Program-made: the position numbers and the translations under genes
Source: a virus
IMG/VR virus record: IMGVR_UViG_3300020204_000005
DNA: 64,000 nt
Reading direction: 5' to 3' (one strand)
Shown: positions 18,201 through 28,296 of the stretch, piece after piece
Layout of the letters: each line of letters opens with the position of its first letter
Numbering within the stretch: the stretch's first letter is position 1
The notes under the pieces: generated by a model
Database searches by the model: none
Told to the model about the DNA's origin: nothing
What the model saw: the letters and a program-made list of their open reading frames with translations, nothing else

Positions 18201-20320
18201 AAAACGGGGCGGTAACAACACTTTCTCAAATATTCTCTGTTGACGCCATGGCTTGTAGACGAGTTAAAATTGGTAAAATAAAAGTAGATATTACCCCTGT
18301 GCCCGCAACAACAACTACCTCAACCGCCGCACCACCACCACCTGTAGTTGAACAACCAAAAACTGAAAACATACCTGTTGTAAAACCAAAACCTACAGTT
18401 GAGATAGTTAAAAAACTTAAAGAGGGAATCGCCAAAAAAATATTAAGAAACTTATTAACTGAATGTGATTACTTTGAATTAATTAAAGAAGAAAACCCGA
18501 TGGTTTATAACACATTCAAAGAAAAGATTAAATACTTTAATCCTACTTTCCACTCAATAACACCTGAAGGATTGAACGCTCGTTTAACATTCTTAAATCA
18601 ATGTGTTAGACCTGGAGAAACAATCCCAACGATTGGTGCTGATGGTAAACCAAAATATAATGACGCAGTTAATACGTCATTCGGAGCTCCACCTGTATTA
18701 GTATTAAGAATAGGTGATTTCTACCACACTAAAATAATACCTACAGGATTACAGTTCCAATATGAACCAATTACCTTTGACATGAATCCTGAAGGTATCG
18801 GTATCCAACCAATGATGGCCAACGTAACATTGAGTTTTAATATCATCGGAGGAATGGGTCTTGCAAAACCTGTAGAACAATTACAAAACGCACTTTCATT
18901 TAACTATTATGCGAATACTGAAATATACGATGAAAGAGCAGTTGCAACTGAAGATACATCAGCATTAGATAAAGAAGTTGTCGATGCGATATTGGCTTCA
19001 GAAGTCCCTGCAACAGTTAATAATGTTGACACACAACAAACAAATAATGGAGGTTCAACAATCGGCACAATTATAACCAACATCCCCGTCCAAGGTGGCC
19101 AGGAAGGTGAAATTAGTTATGCTGATATTATGGATAAATTATTAACCGAAACAAAAAATTATTTTGAAACTGTGGTTAATAAATTAGAAAGTACTAATCT
19201 ACAATACTCATATCCTGTAGTTAGTATGTTAAGTAAAGACCCTTTATATTATGATGGTTATATATTTTTAGGTGACCCAACAGTTAATGACCCAGGACCT
19301 AACGGTAATAAAAAAACTGTCGAAATTTTTGGTAAATCTAACAATGTTGAGGACTTAATTAATAAAGAATTTAAACTTTGTATTGAGGATATTGATAACG
19401 ACTTTAACCCTATTATTGATAAACTTCTAAAAAAATATGGTTTTGCTCAGTCACCTGAAAAACTAAACGGAGTTAAGAATAATATGAAAGAATATATTTC
19501 TAACTTAGAAAAGACATTCACAAATGGAGTATCAACTATCATACAAGATTTAACATTATTCCAACAGAACTATGTACAGTTAATTAGAAAAGTAAATTTA
19601 GTTACAAGTAAAACTGATGGTAAAATTTTAGATACTAATTTACCTAGAGTTTATAGTTTATATAATGCTCCTGACCAAACTGGTAAAATAGATGAAAAAA
19701 CCGTAACTGTACTTGAAGAATTATCTTACGATTATGGTAGATTGGAAACCGCTATGGGTTTATTCATACCATTATTAAAAGATAAAGATAAAGGTTTTAG
19801 AATAGCGTTTGATGATAAAGAATATGTTGAGACTGGTAATTTTAGATTATTAAATCAAGGGGATTTTGAGGGAGGTAATACCCAATCTACATTTGCGAAT
19901 CAAAATTTCTTCTTAATTATGTGTAGAATATTAACTGATAAAAATAAAAAAGATGAATTTATTAATTACGTTATTAAAGGTGATATATTGAATATTAAAG
20001 ACCCTGTAAATTTAAAAAATAAATTTGAAAATATTGTAGATGACTTAGAAAAAATATATAAAAAAGAGTTAAAAGAAGAAGAAAAAATATATGATAAGTT
20101 AAAGAAAAATTCTACTTACAAAGATTTAACAGAAGGTATAAATGAAGTTATGTACACACCTAAAAAAACAAGAAAATGTAGTTATACTACAGTACCCAAC
20201 CAAAATACCGAAACTGTTAAGTTCCAAACTACAGAAATTAGTAATTTATATAAATCGGTAAATACCCCACCAGATGATAATAAAACTTACATAGGAAAAG
20301 TTAAATTTAGTAAAACATAA
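15215..20320 (+). CDS. Large baseplate/tube-initiator protein with an inserted OmpA-like domain
   Basis: The tube-initiator-type motifs FPPYNLSFSD...GRPEPIYTYNNTSRSGTLSW and PPVLVLRIGDFYHTKII...NVTLSF flank an OmpA-like segment (FYFHND...GSAS...YNVNLSKRR). Confidence 0.65.
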   Translation: MSDSTLSFSSSSSFRDVLMARNLPPYDVPGVYTPPSGPLNYEVVQTVSNVIDSPDELIANDPFAQQLYPLNEYGPEGGYNLNITYNGPPLPVDSNKGEYDPTDTVLDLVNEFYIDAAYIENKFGPEGGFKDMVVIDNIQNNNKIYLPYWNPPIFTPSVYTPYEILINNNPAGLSQDSFIAKLGAQQLRALFQERVAAELFQNTVGLVNLESLSDPFEASLIITGQEPLIYRNWRITVAENPIVAAVDFATRLTGAYWPVSPIPGDYFEENEPNAGASSQISGALNVVNQLTGGFLGPILNKTRNPSEIFLANTGNGQRSALFANINYNRYKPDYKKNFGGLLGVAQALVNLAVNLIDPNNGTLVGGYYVGSRNAEPSTITSPPNQVPVNPFGKQEQAPVYGPSELGILYEGNENKINFGLAGKSSSDGGGIDGQFVWTSPKYKGDAGYKATVGGGTGSLDEEFNQIASQYSRGESTNITFKQSSILDQTQRLVDSADNVSGINRLKHVGNAINQVSKVFNDGYKEMTKGSQVVSYKDNTTGEQVGTEYCRVFTKDTPYYTYADLQKTDGITTSGRRFTNSVFDNTYNLNIAPLKNPGSTNIQPNAKGDLVAKKYMFSIENLAWRTSSRPGFTYDELPVCEKGPNGGRVMWFPPYNLSFSDSSSPNFTPTNIMGRPEPIYTYNNTSRSGTLSWKIIVDHPSIMNVLVDKQLKGQNSERVNSIIDSFFAGCVKYDIYELAKKFNTIPTKDLFTYQEILNNPRLTPEELAGINKEIPKENTADGGANSTPTGNQNTNTDVSSTPDTSGKDFEGKYQDLAFYFHNDRPDPNSSNTVASKPFNVWYESYTTTDFIQKYVNNADAIFKSDSKSRNVKQFFDTVIIPNFNAIAKNEKNFIVEAYNLIKEKKAKITVEMVGSASAPATKDYNVNLSKRRNDSVIKFLKATTIGEANLSKYIDDGSLKFTLLSEGETIVIPKAPDDSPAKGPGFDVNCTTDIKDKNGAVTTLSQIFSVDAMACRRVKIGKIKVDITPVPATTTTSTAAPPPPVVEQPKTENIPVVKPKPTVEIVKKLKEGIAKKILRNLLTECDYFELIKEENPMVYNTFKEKIKYFNPTFHSITPEGLNARLTFLNQCVRPGETIPTIGADGKPKYNDAVNTSFGAPPVLVLRIGDFYHTKIIPTGLQFQYEPITFDMNPEGIGIQPMMANVTLSFNIIGGMGLAKPVEQLQNALSFNYYANTEIYDERAVATEDTSALDKEVVDAILASEVPATVNNVDTQQTNNGGSTIGTIITNIPVQGGQEGEISYADIMDKLLTETKNYFETVVNKLESTNLQYSYPVVSMLSKDPLYYDGYIFLGDPTVNDPGPNGNKKTVEIFGKSNNVEDLINKEFKLCIEDIDNDFNPIIDKLLKKYGFAQSPEKLNGVKNNMKEYISNLEKTFTNGVSTIIQDLTLFQQNYVQLIRKVNLVTSKTDGKILDTNLPRVYSLYNAPDQTGKIDEKTVTVLEELSYDYGRLETAMGLFIPLLKDKDKGFRIAFDDKEYVETGNFRLLNQGDFEGGNTQSTFANQNFFLIMCRILTDKNKKDEFINYVIKGDILNIKDPVNLKNKFENIVDDLEKIYKKELKEEEKIYDKLKKNSTYKDLTEGINEVMYTPKKTRKCSYTTVPNQNTETVKFQTTEISNLYKSVNTPPDDNKTYIGKVKFSKT

Positions 20321-20643
20321 TGGCAAGACAAAGTTATAATAGATATTCGGATTTTTTAGTTGACGGACAACAAACGGTTGTTCCGTATATCACCCTACCC
20401 TCAAAATCTACGGATAAAAGGTTTATATATAAAGTTGGTCAATCTAGAATGGATAAGATTTCACAACAATATTACGGGTCCCCAACTTTTGGATGGTTAA
20501 TAATGATGGGTAATCCTATATATGGAGGACAAGAATGGAATATTCCTGACGGAACTATATTGACAATTCCATTTCCTTTAGTAGCTTCTTTACAGGACTA
20601 TAAAAATCAATTAGACAACCACTTCTTCTATTATGGTAGATAA
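20320..20643 (+). CDS. Baseplate wedge protein, gp53/LysM-like
   Basis: RMDKISQQYYGSPTFGWLIMMGNP...IPDGTILTIP. Its position between the tube initiator and hub is typical. Confidence 0.75.
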   Translation: MARQSYNRYSDFLVDGQQTVVPYITLPSKSTDKRFIYKVGQSRMDKISQQYYGSPTFGWLIMMGNPIYGGQEWNIPDGTILTIPFPLVASLQDYKNQLDNHFFYYGR

Positions 20644-23600
20644 CAATGAAAATATTTTAGTTGAATTTGATTACAACAATATAACAGTCATAGACCCTAA
20701 CAAAGTTATTGACGAAAATGGTAATGCCAAAGAACGATTAGTTAAACATGAAAATTTGGTAATGTATGCCAATTTAGAGTGTAAAGTAATCCCAAGAACT
20801 AAATTGGCGGTTGGTGTTGCAAGTAATGATGCGATACAAACAATTTCATTAGCGTCGATTAATTTTTTAAAACCTGGTGGTAAGACTTTTTTAGATAATG
20901 CTTATACTGATGAAATAACGGGTAAAGATACTGTAAAGGGTGAGGGAATTAATCAACCTGTAACTAAAGCGGTAAAAAATCCGCAAAATAGTGATGACAC
21001 TTATTTAAGACAGAGTATTAACTCTTATGGTAAGGCAGGTTCTGTTGATAATGGATTGTTAGGTATAACATCTATTAGTATTAGTTATGATTTGTCATTT
21101 ATGGCAACCATAACTATAAAATTGGTTGACATTAAAGGGAGAGCTTTATTTGAAGCGGGTGATAACTCACCATATGCCGCATTCTTCAATTTGCCATACC
21201 CAATGTTTTATTTAACGTTAAAAGGATATTATGGTAAAGCGGTTAGATTACCATTAATGTTAAACACCTTTAACGCGTCATTTAACTCATTTTCAGGTAA
21301 TTTCGATATTGATTTGAAATTTTACACTTATAAATTCACTATATTAAGTGAATTGTCTATGGGTTATTTATTAGCCGCCCCCCACATGTATCAATCAAGA
21401 ATTAAAATTGAGACTAAACAAGGTACTGCCAGTCAATTTACACCTGTTGAAGATAGTGTTGTTGAGAGAGGGTTTCAAAAAGTTAAAGAAATGTATAGTG
21501 AATATAAATCAAAAGGATTAATTCCTGATGATTTTCCTGAGATTACTTTGATGCAAATGCAAGACAAGATTGAAGTATTCATTAAAAATGTTATGGATTC
21601 ATTTACAAAACAAAATTTAGATTCTATAACCGATATTGAGACTTATGATAAAATATTAAAAGAATATAAGAAAAAAGTTTATTTAGGTAAGGGTAATTCT
21701 TGGTTTGATACATATATGGATTCTAAAAATTATTATGTATTAAACGATACTGATAAAACTAGAGTATATACTTTTAAATCAGAATATAATGATGAAACTA
21801 AAAGAGAAGAAGGAATAACAAAATTAAAAGGTATTCTCGCCGAAAACAATGACTTACTTAATAAAAATGCAACAGTAGGAACTAATGGTAAATACACTAT
21901 AAATAATAAAAGTAAAAACGTTTCAGTACCTAATAAAATCACTTATGAGATTTTTCCAAAAACAATAACTAGTAGTAATGATATTGATATTAATGAAACT
22001 TACAGACAAAGAAAAAAGAGTAAAAAAGAGCCACCCGACTCTGAGAAAAAAGAATTATTAGCTGAATTAGACAGAACTAACCAATTTAATTCTGGTTCAA
22101 TAAAGAATAAAGACGGTAGTACCAATCCTGTTTATACTTATTTTGTTTTTGAAGGTACTAATACATTCTTAGACTTAGCGGACAAGATGAGTAAAGACTT
22201 GTTAGCGATTAGAGAAGAAGTGGAAGTTGAGTTGACCAAAGCTTTATCTGAATTGTTACAAGATAAAAACTCAGGTATTGGGTTTGTACCAAACATCAGA
22301 AATGTTTTAGCGGTTATTTTTGCAAATGGTGAAGCGTTTTTAAGAATGATGGATGATGTACATACCGCAGCTTGGGAACAAAGAGATAACAAGTATAGAA
22401 AGGCAGTAATTTTTGATAAACAAGTGGCAGGAGCGTCCGCAGATGCGGTTTTATCGGGTGATGATAGTAACACCCCTGTATACCCTTGGCCACAATTAAT
22501 TGTTGAGACAACAGGTGAGAACGGTCAGGAAAAATATGAAATTAAATACCCTGGAGACCCTTCTATTGTAAATAGAACCAAAGGGTATCTTTTTGATGTT
22601 TGGCCTGAAATAGAATTTGTTGAAGAATTTATAAAAGGGTTAGCGGAAAGAAAAAGTCCAGCACCAAACCCGTCAGAAAATAATAATGAAGTTACGGACC
22701 CAAAAAGAACATCTTTTAATGCGATTGAATTCCCTGTAACTAATGAAGTATATGGAAACAAAGAAGAAGTTAAATTTTTCTATGAGATTTACGAAAGAAT
22801 TATTATGGTATCGAATTATTCTAAATTATCGAGAAGTAATAATAAAACATCTGAAGGTGATGTAATAACAAATATTATTGCCGAATCAGAAAGCCAAAAT
22901 ATTGTTAAGAGTTTATCTAATGATAATCCATTCTTAATACAAAAATTAAAAAATTACGGTATTAACGCATCCAACTTTACAACAATATTAAGACAATTTT
23001 CAAACGAAGGAATTGGAGAAAGTTGGCAAAATTTTATTAGGGGTGAGTTTAATACTAAGTACCTTAAAAACGATATTAAAAATTCTAGTTTTGAATTTAT
23101 CGATGTGGACATTATTAACAAATCAATTTCACAACCTTTAGTTTCATTAGAAAATGAAGACGCTGCAATTGAGATTATTACTAATTCTACCAACACTAAT
23201 AAATTTGATACTACAGACACATTCCCATTCACTAATAAACAATGGGATAAAACTTATTTGGCTAATGGTACTACTATTGTCGACGCAAATGGAACTTTAG
23301 ATACTAGAAAAGTATTAAATTACAATAAAAATAAAAAATTAATTACAAATTTCTTAGACACAACATCAACAGATAAAGTTAGACCAATTACAAACTTTAA
23401 TTTCATAAGTGTTGAGGTACCAAATATAATTAATTTTAAAGACGATTTAAAATCATTCTATAGTAGTAGAACTTTTGACAAACAATTACCTACTGAAGGT
23501 AATTTAAGATATTCTAACTATAACGGTAATGTGGTTAATGACCAAACAACGTCAATGTTTAACACACCTTATTTTATTAATTCAATTCAAGAAGGTGTTA

Positions 23601-26600
23601 AAAATTTTAGAAATAATAACCAATACCCATTTGTCTCTTCCGCATATTATTTTATTAATAGCTTACCTTTAGCGACATTAAGGGAGAAATTTAAAACATA
23701 TGAAAACAATGTTGCTAGTGATTTAGATTATATTTTTGCATCCTTTAAAAAATACGGGGCGATTCATAAATTACCTTACGCTTGGATTTTAAAAATTGGT
23801 TCTGTTTGGCATCGATATAAAAAATTTATTGAGGATGGTGTAGATATTTTAGACGGGTCTTGGAAATCTTTTGATTATGCGTTTAATTTTGACCCTGTAA
23901 CAACCGCCACTACAAGAAATTATGCTTTAATAATTGATGAGGCACCCATAGATATTGTTCTACAAAAAGACACAACAATAGGAACCGAATTATCTTCATT
24001 AATAAATGTTGGGTTTTATCCGCAATTAATTAATGATTTTAATGTATTTTATCAAGGATACCAAATATTCGAGGGGTACACCGATTCTCAGATACAGTCA
24101 GGTATTACATCAGGAACTTCAGTATATTATGTCGATAGCGCTATTATTAACGAAGCGGAAGGATTCGACCCTAATAACGATATGAGGGATTTAAGAATTA
24201 TACCTTGGTCTGTAACCGTAGATGAGGTAAATAAAAAATTCACATATATAATGCCATCACATGGTTCTGATATTAATCAAACAAAAAATGAGTGTTTTAA
24301 AGACGGTAAGTTAAATATTGAAGTTAATTCTAACCAATCAATTTATAATGGTTCTGTTAGATTATTTTGGGCAGCACCCCAATATGGGTATTTTGACCAT
24401 TCTAAAATAGTTAAACCAACACCGTTTGATTATATGAAACAAGTTTTTTCGGGACAATCGTTACAAGAGAACTTCTCAATTAACGGAACACCCGACAAGT
24501 ATTCTAAATTTAGCGAAATGTTGTCAGTCTTCCAAAAAGAAATATTAGATGGTTTCGAAGATGAGTTTTTAAAGTTTTCTAGGTCAATATATGATTATAG
24601 CGATTTCCCAGCAAATGCTGATGAAACAACAAAATCGTTTAAAAACTTCCAAATGTTATTCAGGTCCTTAATGAAGGTACCTATTTTGACAGGGGCAACA
24701 GGAAGTGAAATCGTTGATAAAATACAGGATAAACAAACATCAACTATTGCGGAAACCGTTAAGGCGTTTTTGAATTATGACGTTATTTTTAAATATGGTA
24801 ACCCATCATCATACGATAGAAAATTATTTTTAACCTTCTCAACACTACCATTAACTGACCCATACACTTGGGAAAGTTATAAAAGTGTAACACCTAATTC
24901 ATTACCTACTAATGGTGGTGGTGTTACTTTATCGTCATCGCAATCAACTTTTAATTTGGCGTGGGATGCTCTATATTTAAATGTTGGGTTTTCGGAAATA
25001 CCACAGTTGGCATACACCAATAATGGTTCATATATAACAGATTTCTTTATTGATTTAGATGTTGCGTTCACACCCGACAATGTTAAATTATTTGCACCAA
25101 TCATTAAAATATATGCAACACAGAAATTAAACAAATTCCAACCTGACCCAATACCACCTGTAGACCCACCACCAACAACTCCTAGTAGTATTGTTGGAAT
25201 TGCGAATTTAGCGAGTGGTGATACTATAACAGTTAGAACTGAGATGGGTAAAAAAGTCGCTTATGTTGCAAATAACACAGGACTTATTTTATTTGAAAGT
25301 TTACCTAAAATATCTCCACCAACAACAGGATTTACACAATCATTAATTGATGAAACAATTATTCTTTTTTACGGTTCCTTGGCGACAAACCCAACGGATA
25401 AACAATATATTGTTAATATAGAATTTTTCTCACCACCTACATATCCACAAATACCAAACGCACAATCAAAAGAAGGTCAGACTGCTTTTTATGAGGTAAT
25501 GACAAATTATCTATTAGGGATAGAAAATTTCCAAGGTAAAGTAGTAAATAACTTAATGATTAAGTTACAAAAATCATTACCTGATGTTAACAACACTCCC
25601 GAAAGTCAGGTAGAATCAAAATTAGATGGTGACCAAAGTAAAGTTGAATATTGGGAAACCTTTAAATCATTAAATGATAAATGGGTTTCAGGAAATGATT
25701 TTAAGAATAAAACATTATTTGAAGATGTTTTATTATTGGATAGAGCAAGTAGAAATATTGGAGATAAAGTTTTAGTTGATATTTTTAAACTTAAAAATAG
25801 ATTGTTAAATATTAATACCAAAGCTTCTATTTTAACTTTTGTACAAAGTATTTTAGTGGAAAATCATTTTGTGGTTATGAACATACCATCATATGTTAAT
25901 TTCTATAATGTACAAGATGCTATTAAGAATCCTAAACCAAAACCTGAAGGGACTTTAGAATTTGCCAATACTTTATTTGGTACATTTTTAAATGTAGATT
26001 ATAGAGATTCATCAGCAAAAATGGTTTGTTTCTATGCAGGTAAACCAAGTGAACAATTGGATTTAAAAAACAATGTTGATTTTAGATATAGAAATGATGC
26101 TTTTGATTTAAGAAGGTCAAGCGATAATCCTTTAGTTGAGAATCAAATTAATAAAAACGACTGGGATAAATCTAATAAAGTGGTTGGGTTTAATATTGAC
26201 ATAGGACCTCAAAATCAAGGGATTTTTAAATCCTTTTCAGTTAGCCAAAGTGCGGGAAAGGCAACCGCAGAATCGTTACAAGTGACTAATGAGATGGCTA
26301 ACCAAGGAGGTAACCGAGGTGCAACAACTCAAAACGTTTCTTTATATAATTTATATAAAAATAGAAGTTATGAATGTAGTGTTTCTATGTTAGGGAACGC
26401 ATTGATACAACCAACGATGTATTTTAACTTAAGATATGTCCCTATGTTTAGTGGACCATATATGATTCAATCTGTGACACATACAATAACAACCTCTGAT
26501 TTTGAAACTACTTTTACAGGGATTAGACAACCTACGGCATCATTACCAAAAATAGATAAATTCTTACAATCTTTACGTAATAATTTATTACAAGGTGTGT

Positions 26601-27274
26601 TGGAAAAAAATAAACAAGCTAAGAAGGGTGAAACTAAAGATTCTAAAGGTAATGTAATATCGCAAAAAGATAAAGTAACATCAAATGCTAGTGGTAATGA
26701 AGAAGTTGTCCAATCTCCAGCATGTACCACCGCAAGTAATTACAGTACTTATACAACATTGAGTTCACCTGCGGAAAAACAAATTTCGTTTAGAGATGCT
26801 TATGGGACTATTATGTCATTAATGACAAGTAATAATATTGTTGATGATGGTAAATTAAAATTCGTTGTTTTCTCAGCGTTATATCTTAAATCAGGAACAT
26901 CGACAGGATTTAAAACATACGAAAGTAATTATTCGGGTGTCGATTTAACCAAATATTGGGGAGGGTCAAGTAGTTATTTCGAAACAAGTAAAAATTATTT
27001 CTGTGTTAAAAATAATGACAGTGGTTTAACATTACCATATGCGGTATTTGAAAGTAGTTCTAAAAATATTGAAATGTTATTGATTAGATGGAAGGATAGA
27101 ATGGTTAATGTTCCTAATAGTGAACCTAAATCAATTACTAAATTTTTAATATTAAATAATAGTGCTGAAGTTTTAAATGAGAACGTCTACACAACAATGG
27201 ACCCAACACAACTCTCAAACTTAGAATCTAAAGTTCTAACCGCGGTTACTAAATTTTTAGAAATGAGTGTATAA
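20633..27274 (+). CDS. Very large baseplate hub protein (gp27/VgrG-like), 2213 aa
   Basis: N-terminal LGITSISISY...LVDIKG and C-terminal YECSVSMLGNALIQP...GPYMIQSVTHTI...FETTFTG are hub-like motifs. It follows the gp53-like gene. Confidence 0.65.
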   Translation: MVDNNENILVEFDYNNITVIDPNKVIDENGNAKERLVKHENLVMYANLECKVIPRTKLAVGVASNDAIQTISLASINFLKPGGKTFLDNAYTDEITGKDTVKGEGINQPVTKAVKNPQNSDDTYLRQSINSYGKAGSVDNGLLGITSISISYDLSFMATITIKLVDIKGRALFEAGDNSPYAAFFNLPYPMFYLTLKGYYGKAVRLPLMLNTFNASFNSFSGNFDIDLKFYTYKFTILSELSMGYLLAAPHMYQSRIKIETKQGTASQFTPVEDSVVERGFQKVKEMYSEYKSKGLIPDDFPEITLMQMQDKIEVFIKNVMDSFTKQNLDSITDIETYDKILKEYKKKVYLGKGNSWFDTYMDSKNYYVLNDTDKTRVYTFKSEYNDETKREEGITKLKGILAENNDLLNKNATVGTNGKYTINNKSKNVSVPNKITYEIFPKTITSSNDIDINETYRQRKKSKKEPPDSEKKELLAELDRTNQFNSGSIKNKDGSTNPVYTYFVFEGTNTFLDLADKMSKDLLAIREEVEVELTKALSELLQDKNSGIGFVPNIRNVLAVIFANGEAFLRMMDDVHTAAWEQRDNKYRKAVIFDKQVAGASADAVLSGDDSNTPVYPWPQLIVETTGENGQEKYEIKYPGDPSIVNRTKGYLFDVWPEIEFVEEFIKGLAERKSPAPNPSENNNEVTDPKRTSFNAIEFPVTNEVYGNKEEVKFFYEIYERIIMVSNYSKLSRSNNKTSEGDVITNIIAESESQNIVKSLSNDNPFLIQKLKNYGINASNFTTILRQFSNEGIGESWQNFIRGEFNTKYLKNDIKNSSFEFIDVDIINKSISQPLVSLENEDAAIEIITNSTNTNKFDTTDTFPFTNKQWDKTYLANGTTIVDANGTLDTRKVLNYNKNKKLITNFLDTTSTDKVRPITNFNFISVEVPNIINFKDDLKSFYSSRTFDKQLPTEGNLRYSNYNGNVVNDQTTSMFNTPYFINSIQEGVKNFRNNNQYPFVSSAYYFINSLPLATLREKFKTYENNVASDLDYIFASFKKYGAIHKLPYAWILKIGSVWHRYKKFIEDGVDILDGSWKSFDYAFNFDPVTTATTRNYALIIDEAPIDIVLQKDTTIGTELSSLINVGFYPQLINDFNVFYQGYQIFEGYTDSQIQSGITSGTSVYYVDSAIINEAEGFDPNNDMRDLRIIPWSVTVDEVNKKFTYIMPSHGSDINQTKNECFKDGKLNIEVNSNQSIYNGSVRLFWAAPQYGYFDHSKIVKPTPFDYMKQVFSGQSLQENFSINGTPDKYSKFSEMLSVFQKEILDGFEDEFLKFSRSIYDYSDFPANADETTKSFKNFQMLFRSLMKVPILTGATGSEIVDKIQDKQTSTIAETVKAFLNYDVIFKYGNPSSYDRKLFLTFSTLPLTDPYTWESYKSVTPNSLPTNGGGVTLSSSQSTFNLAWDALYLNVGFSEIPQLAYTNNGSYITDFFIDLDVAFTPDNVKLFAPIIKIYATQKLNKFQPDPIPPVDPPPTTPSSIVGIANLASGDTITVRTEMGKKVAYVANNTGLILFESLPKISPPTTGFTQSLIDETIILFYGSLATNPTDKQYIVNIEFFSPPTYPQIPNAQSKEGQTAFYEVMTNYLLGIENFQGKVVNNLMIKLQKSLPDVNNTPESQVESKLDGDQSKVEYWETFKSLNDKWVSGNDFKNKTLFEDVLLLDRASRNIGDKVLVDIFKLKNRLLNINTKASILTFVQSILVENHFVVMNIPSYVNFYNVQDAIKNPKPKPEGTLEFANTLFGTFLNVDYRDSSAKMVCFYAGKPSEQLDLKNNVDFRYRNDAFDLRRSSDNPLVENQINKNDWDKSNKVVGFNIDIGPQNQGIFKSFSVSQSAGKATAESLQVTNEMANQGGNRGATTQNVSLYNLYKNRSYECSVSMLGNALIQPTMYFNLRYVPMFSGPYMIQSVTHTITTSDFETTFTGIRQPTASLPKIDKFLQSLRNNLLQGVLEKNKQAKKGETKDSKGNVISQKDKVTSNASGNEEVVQSPACTTASNYSTYTTLSSPAEKQISFRDAYGTIMSLMTSNNIVDDGKLKFVVFSALYLKSGTSTGFKTYESNYSGVDLTKYWGGSSSYFETSKNYFCVKNNDSGLTLPYAVFESSSKNIEMLLIRWKDRMVNVPNSEPKSITKFLILNNSAEVLNENVYTTMDPTQLSNLESKVLTAVTKFLEMSV

Positions 27275-27328
27275 ACTTAATTACAATAATTTTTATTGAA
27301 GATTGTAATATTTATAAATAAAACTATT

Positions 27329-27553
27329 ATGAACACAAAAATGATATTAGATAGTTATTTAGGTAAAAATACTAAAACTACTGAAAAGGATATGGGTGAC
27401 GGAACAAAACAAGTTTGCGACCTAGAAACAGGTGATTGTTATACTGTTAGAATGAAAGACGGTCTTATTGAAAGATTTGACAATACAGTTAAAACTAATA
27501 AAAAAATCCAAGTTGAAACTACAACAGGTGTTAAACAATTATTAAACGGATAA
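27329..27553 (+). CDS. Hypothetical protein (74 aa; start moved from the track's 27296 to ATG 27329)
   Basis: The ATG at 27329 is in frame and lies 8 nt after the TATTTATAAATA motif. Confidence 0.6.
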   Translation: MNTKMILDSYLGKNTKTTEKDMGDGTKQVCDLETGDCYTVRMKDGLIERFDNTVKTNKKIQVETTTGVKQLLNG

Positions 27554-27557
27554 TAAA

Positions 27558-28262
27558 ATGGGTAAGATAGACAGTAGAATTATTAACGAAATAAAAAGAT
27601 ATAGAGAAATAAACGGATATATCTTTGAACAAGACGCGGCATTACCACCGCCTCCGCCACCACCCGCAGACCCTGCGGCAGGAGGAATACCACCACCCCC
27701 ACCACCCACAGACCCTATGGCGGGAGGAGCACCACCACCTCCAGGAGGTGGCATGGCTGCGGGAGCACCACCACCACCTGCAGCACCTGTAGATGTTGCA
27801 AATGACCCTGATGTTGAAAAACTTGGAGACAAGGGTGAAGAAGGTAAAAAAGGTAAAGAGATTGAAATTACGGATTTAGTTAAAACACAAAAAAATGTTG
27901 AGACTAAACAAGAAGAATATTTTAATAATTTATTTAAACATTTAACAGATTTAGAATCCAAACTTTCAGATATGGATAACATCATGAATAAGTTAAATGA
28001 TTTAGAAACAAAAATTGAAAAAATAAGACCTAAAACACCTGAAGAAAAACTTGAATTAAGAAGTTTAGATTCAGGACCATACAATCAAAAACTTAGCGAC
28101 TTTTTTGAAGATAAGATGGATGATATGGAAAAATCAGGTAAAAATGAATATGTTTTAACTCAAGACGATGTTGAAAATTATTCATCAGGAGATATTAAAA
28201 AAAGTTTTAGAGACTTTGGTTCTGATACACCTGAACCAGACGCTTTTATACAAGTGAGATAA
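27558..28262 (+). CDS. Pro-rich, acidic coiled-coil protein (possible internal head or scaffold-type protein)
   Basis: N-terminal IINE...IFEQ, then poly-Pro runs and PPPPA/GG repeats, followed by a coiled coil (LTDLESKLSDMDNIMNKLNDLETKIEK). Confidence 0.6.
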   Translation: MGKIDSRIINEIKRYREINGYIFEQDAALPPPPPPPADPAAGGIPPPPPPTDPMAGGAPPPPGGGMAAGAPPPPAAPVDVANDPDVEKLGDKGEEGKKGKEIEITDLVKTQKNVETKQEEYFNNLFKHLTDLESKLSDMDNIMNKLNDLETKIEKIRPKTPEEKLELRSLDSGPYNQKLSDFFEDKMDDMEKSGKNEYVLTQDDVENYSSGDIKKSFRDFGSDTPEPDAFIQVR

Positions 28263-28293
28263 ATTTAAGGTCGATTATTTCGACCTTAAATTT
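28261..28293. terminator. Perfect 14-bp hairpin separating the structural operon from the replication cassette
   Basis: AAATTTAAGGTCGA-TTATT-TCGACCTTAAATTT. Confidence 0.75.
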
Positions 28294-28296
28294 TAT

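Noticed and set aside
27542-28084. 180 aa minus-strand ORF rich in Gly and Ala
   Set aside because: It is the antisense shadow of the poly-Pro gene. The GC-rich codons suppress stops, and there is no independent start context.
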